Program-made: the position numbers and the translations under genes
In this document: positions 62,602-64,000 of the stretch, one piece after another
Layout of the letters: each line of letters begins with the position of its first letter
Position numbering within the stretch: the first letter of the stretch is position 1
From: Paecilomyces variotii
Taxonomy: Eukaryota
DNA length: 64,000 bases
NCBI GenBank assembly: GCA_004022145.1
Contig: RCNU01000008.1
Reading direction: 5' to 3' (one strand)
Notes under the pieces: model-generated
The model's database searches: none
The model's input: only the letters and a program-made list of their open reading frames with translations
What the model was told of the DNA's origin: nothing

Positions 62602-63948
62602 ATGGCTTCTTCACAATCTCTCCTCAATTCGTTCCAGGCCGCGCTGAAGCGGAGGGAGGCCAAGTCATCCAGGCGAAAATTGACTGTGCTTCCCCCGGGC
62701 TCCGTTGATTTTTCGTCTAATGATTTCCTGTCACTTTCTACATCTTCTAGTTTCCGGTCTCGTTTCCTACACCATGTGAACAGTACGCCTGCGTCTCAGC
62801 CGCTGGCAAGCGGTGGATCCCGACTTCTGGACGGCAATTCCCACTATGCGGAGGAGTTGGAGAAGTTCATTGCGGGGTTCCATGATGCCCCGAGCGGATT
62901 GCTATTCAATTCAGGCTATGACGCTAATGTCGGGGTCTTTTCATGCATCCCGCAGCCTGGGGATGTGATCCTGTATGATGAGCTGATTCATGCCAGCATC
63001 CACGAGGGCATGCGGCTCTCAAGGGCGACTAAACGCATCAAGTTCGCACACAATTCGCCATCAGGTCTAAAAGAGGCGCTGGAGAAGCAGATTCAGGATG
63101 ACCAGGCCATTGTAAATGGTACCCGCAATGTCTTCATCGCCCTGGAATCTGTGTATAGTATGGACGGGGATATCGCCCCGGTAAAAGAATTCATCCAGGT
63201 CGTGCACGACCTTCTCCCACGAGGCAATGGCTACTTCATCGTGGATGAAGCACACGCAACAGGTGTCTTTGGCCCCCGCGGCGCTGGCGTTATCCAGGGC
63301 CTAGACGAGCAGAAGCATATATTCATTCGAGTGCACACTTTTGGAAAAGCTCTTGCAAGTCATGGAGGTATCTTCGCGGCCCACGTCACTTGCATTTCGA
63401 TAGCCCGCTAATATTACGATTCAGCCATTGTTCTATGTGATCCTCTCACAAGAGACTATCTCATTAATTATGCTCGAAGTCTCATCTACACCACGGCATT
63501 GGCCTTCCCATCACTAGCTTCCATCCGCACAGCATACGAGCTCCTTCAGCGAGGTGAAACAGAATCCGTACGTCCCCGAACAGCCCAAAAAAGATATTCC
63601 ACACTTACTAATATCATCCAGCTTCGAGAAAACCTCCAATATCTAATCCGACATTTCCGCGCCCGTCTGAGAGAGATTCAACTAGCAGACTCCTCCATTC
63701 TGGAAGTAGATCACTTCCCAGACTCCCCGATCTTCTCCTTTCGGAGTCCATTCCCCCGTGATCTGGCAACTGCCTGTCAGCGTGAAGGGTTTATCGTTCG
63801 TGCTATCATGCCTCCCACCGTTCCTGCAGGTAAGGAACGGGTAAGGGTTTGTCTGCATGCCGGCAACACTACGAAGGAAATCGATGATTTTCTAAAGATC
63901 GTCCGGAAATGGGCGTCTGAGAAGAAAGGGGCTGTCCCTCGTTTATGA
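62602..63948 (+). CDS. bioF: 8-amino-7-oxononanoate (KAPA) synthase, peroxisomal
   Basis: Exons 62602-63367, 63425-63567, 63622-63948. DFSSNDFLSL, SGGSRLLDGN, FNSGYDAN, DEAHATG, HTFGKA and RVRVCLHAGN. C-terminal PTS1-like PRL. Confidence 0.96.
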
Positions 63949-64000
63949 CGCGGAGTGGAATTCTGTATCCTACTAGCTTGATGGCATAACAAGTGATCTC

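Noticed and set aside
1-64000. Transposons, Starship captain, rRNA, CRISPR
   Set aside because: No transposase, RT, tyrosine recombinase, LTR/TIR, rRNA-like sequence or spaced repeat array was seen by eye.

Overview
This window is intron-containing genomic DNA from a filamentous ascomycete of the Eurotiales type (GT-AG introns with CTRAC branch points and Aspergillus-like proteins). The exact species cannot be fixed from the sequence. About 22 intact genes can be reconstructed. The conserved backbone is carbon/nitrogen/vitamin metabolism: a divergent pair of an Rv2857c-like short-chain dehydrogenase and a GlnA4-type glutamine-synthetase-like ligase, peroxisomal malate synthase (acuE), membrane-anchored GH3 beta-glucosidase (bglE), a choline/ethanolamine-type permease, New1/Elf1, a divergent methylisocitrate lyase/methylcitrate synthase pair, a PTS1-bearing FATP acyl-CoA synthetase, an FAD amine oxidase, and the biotin cluster (bioB, fused bioDA, bioF). 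Accessory genes (SRR1-like, putative ART-fold, kinase-like, small secreted proteins) and several eroded gene relics lie in between. The best candidate for an undescribed system is the SDR + GS-like pair. It mirrors the actinobacterial gamma-glutamylation route for ethanolamine and shares a GATA-rich bidirectional promoter next to malate synthase. No rRNA, credible tRNA, CRISPR array or intact transposon was found. Exon boundaries were read by eye, and family calls come from recalled motifs, not database searches.
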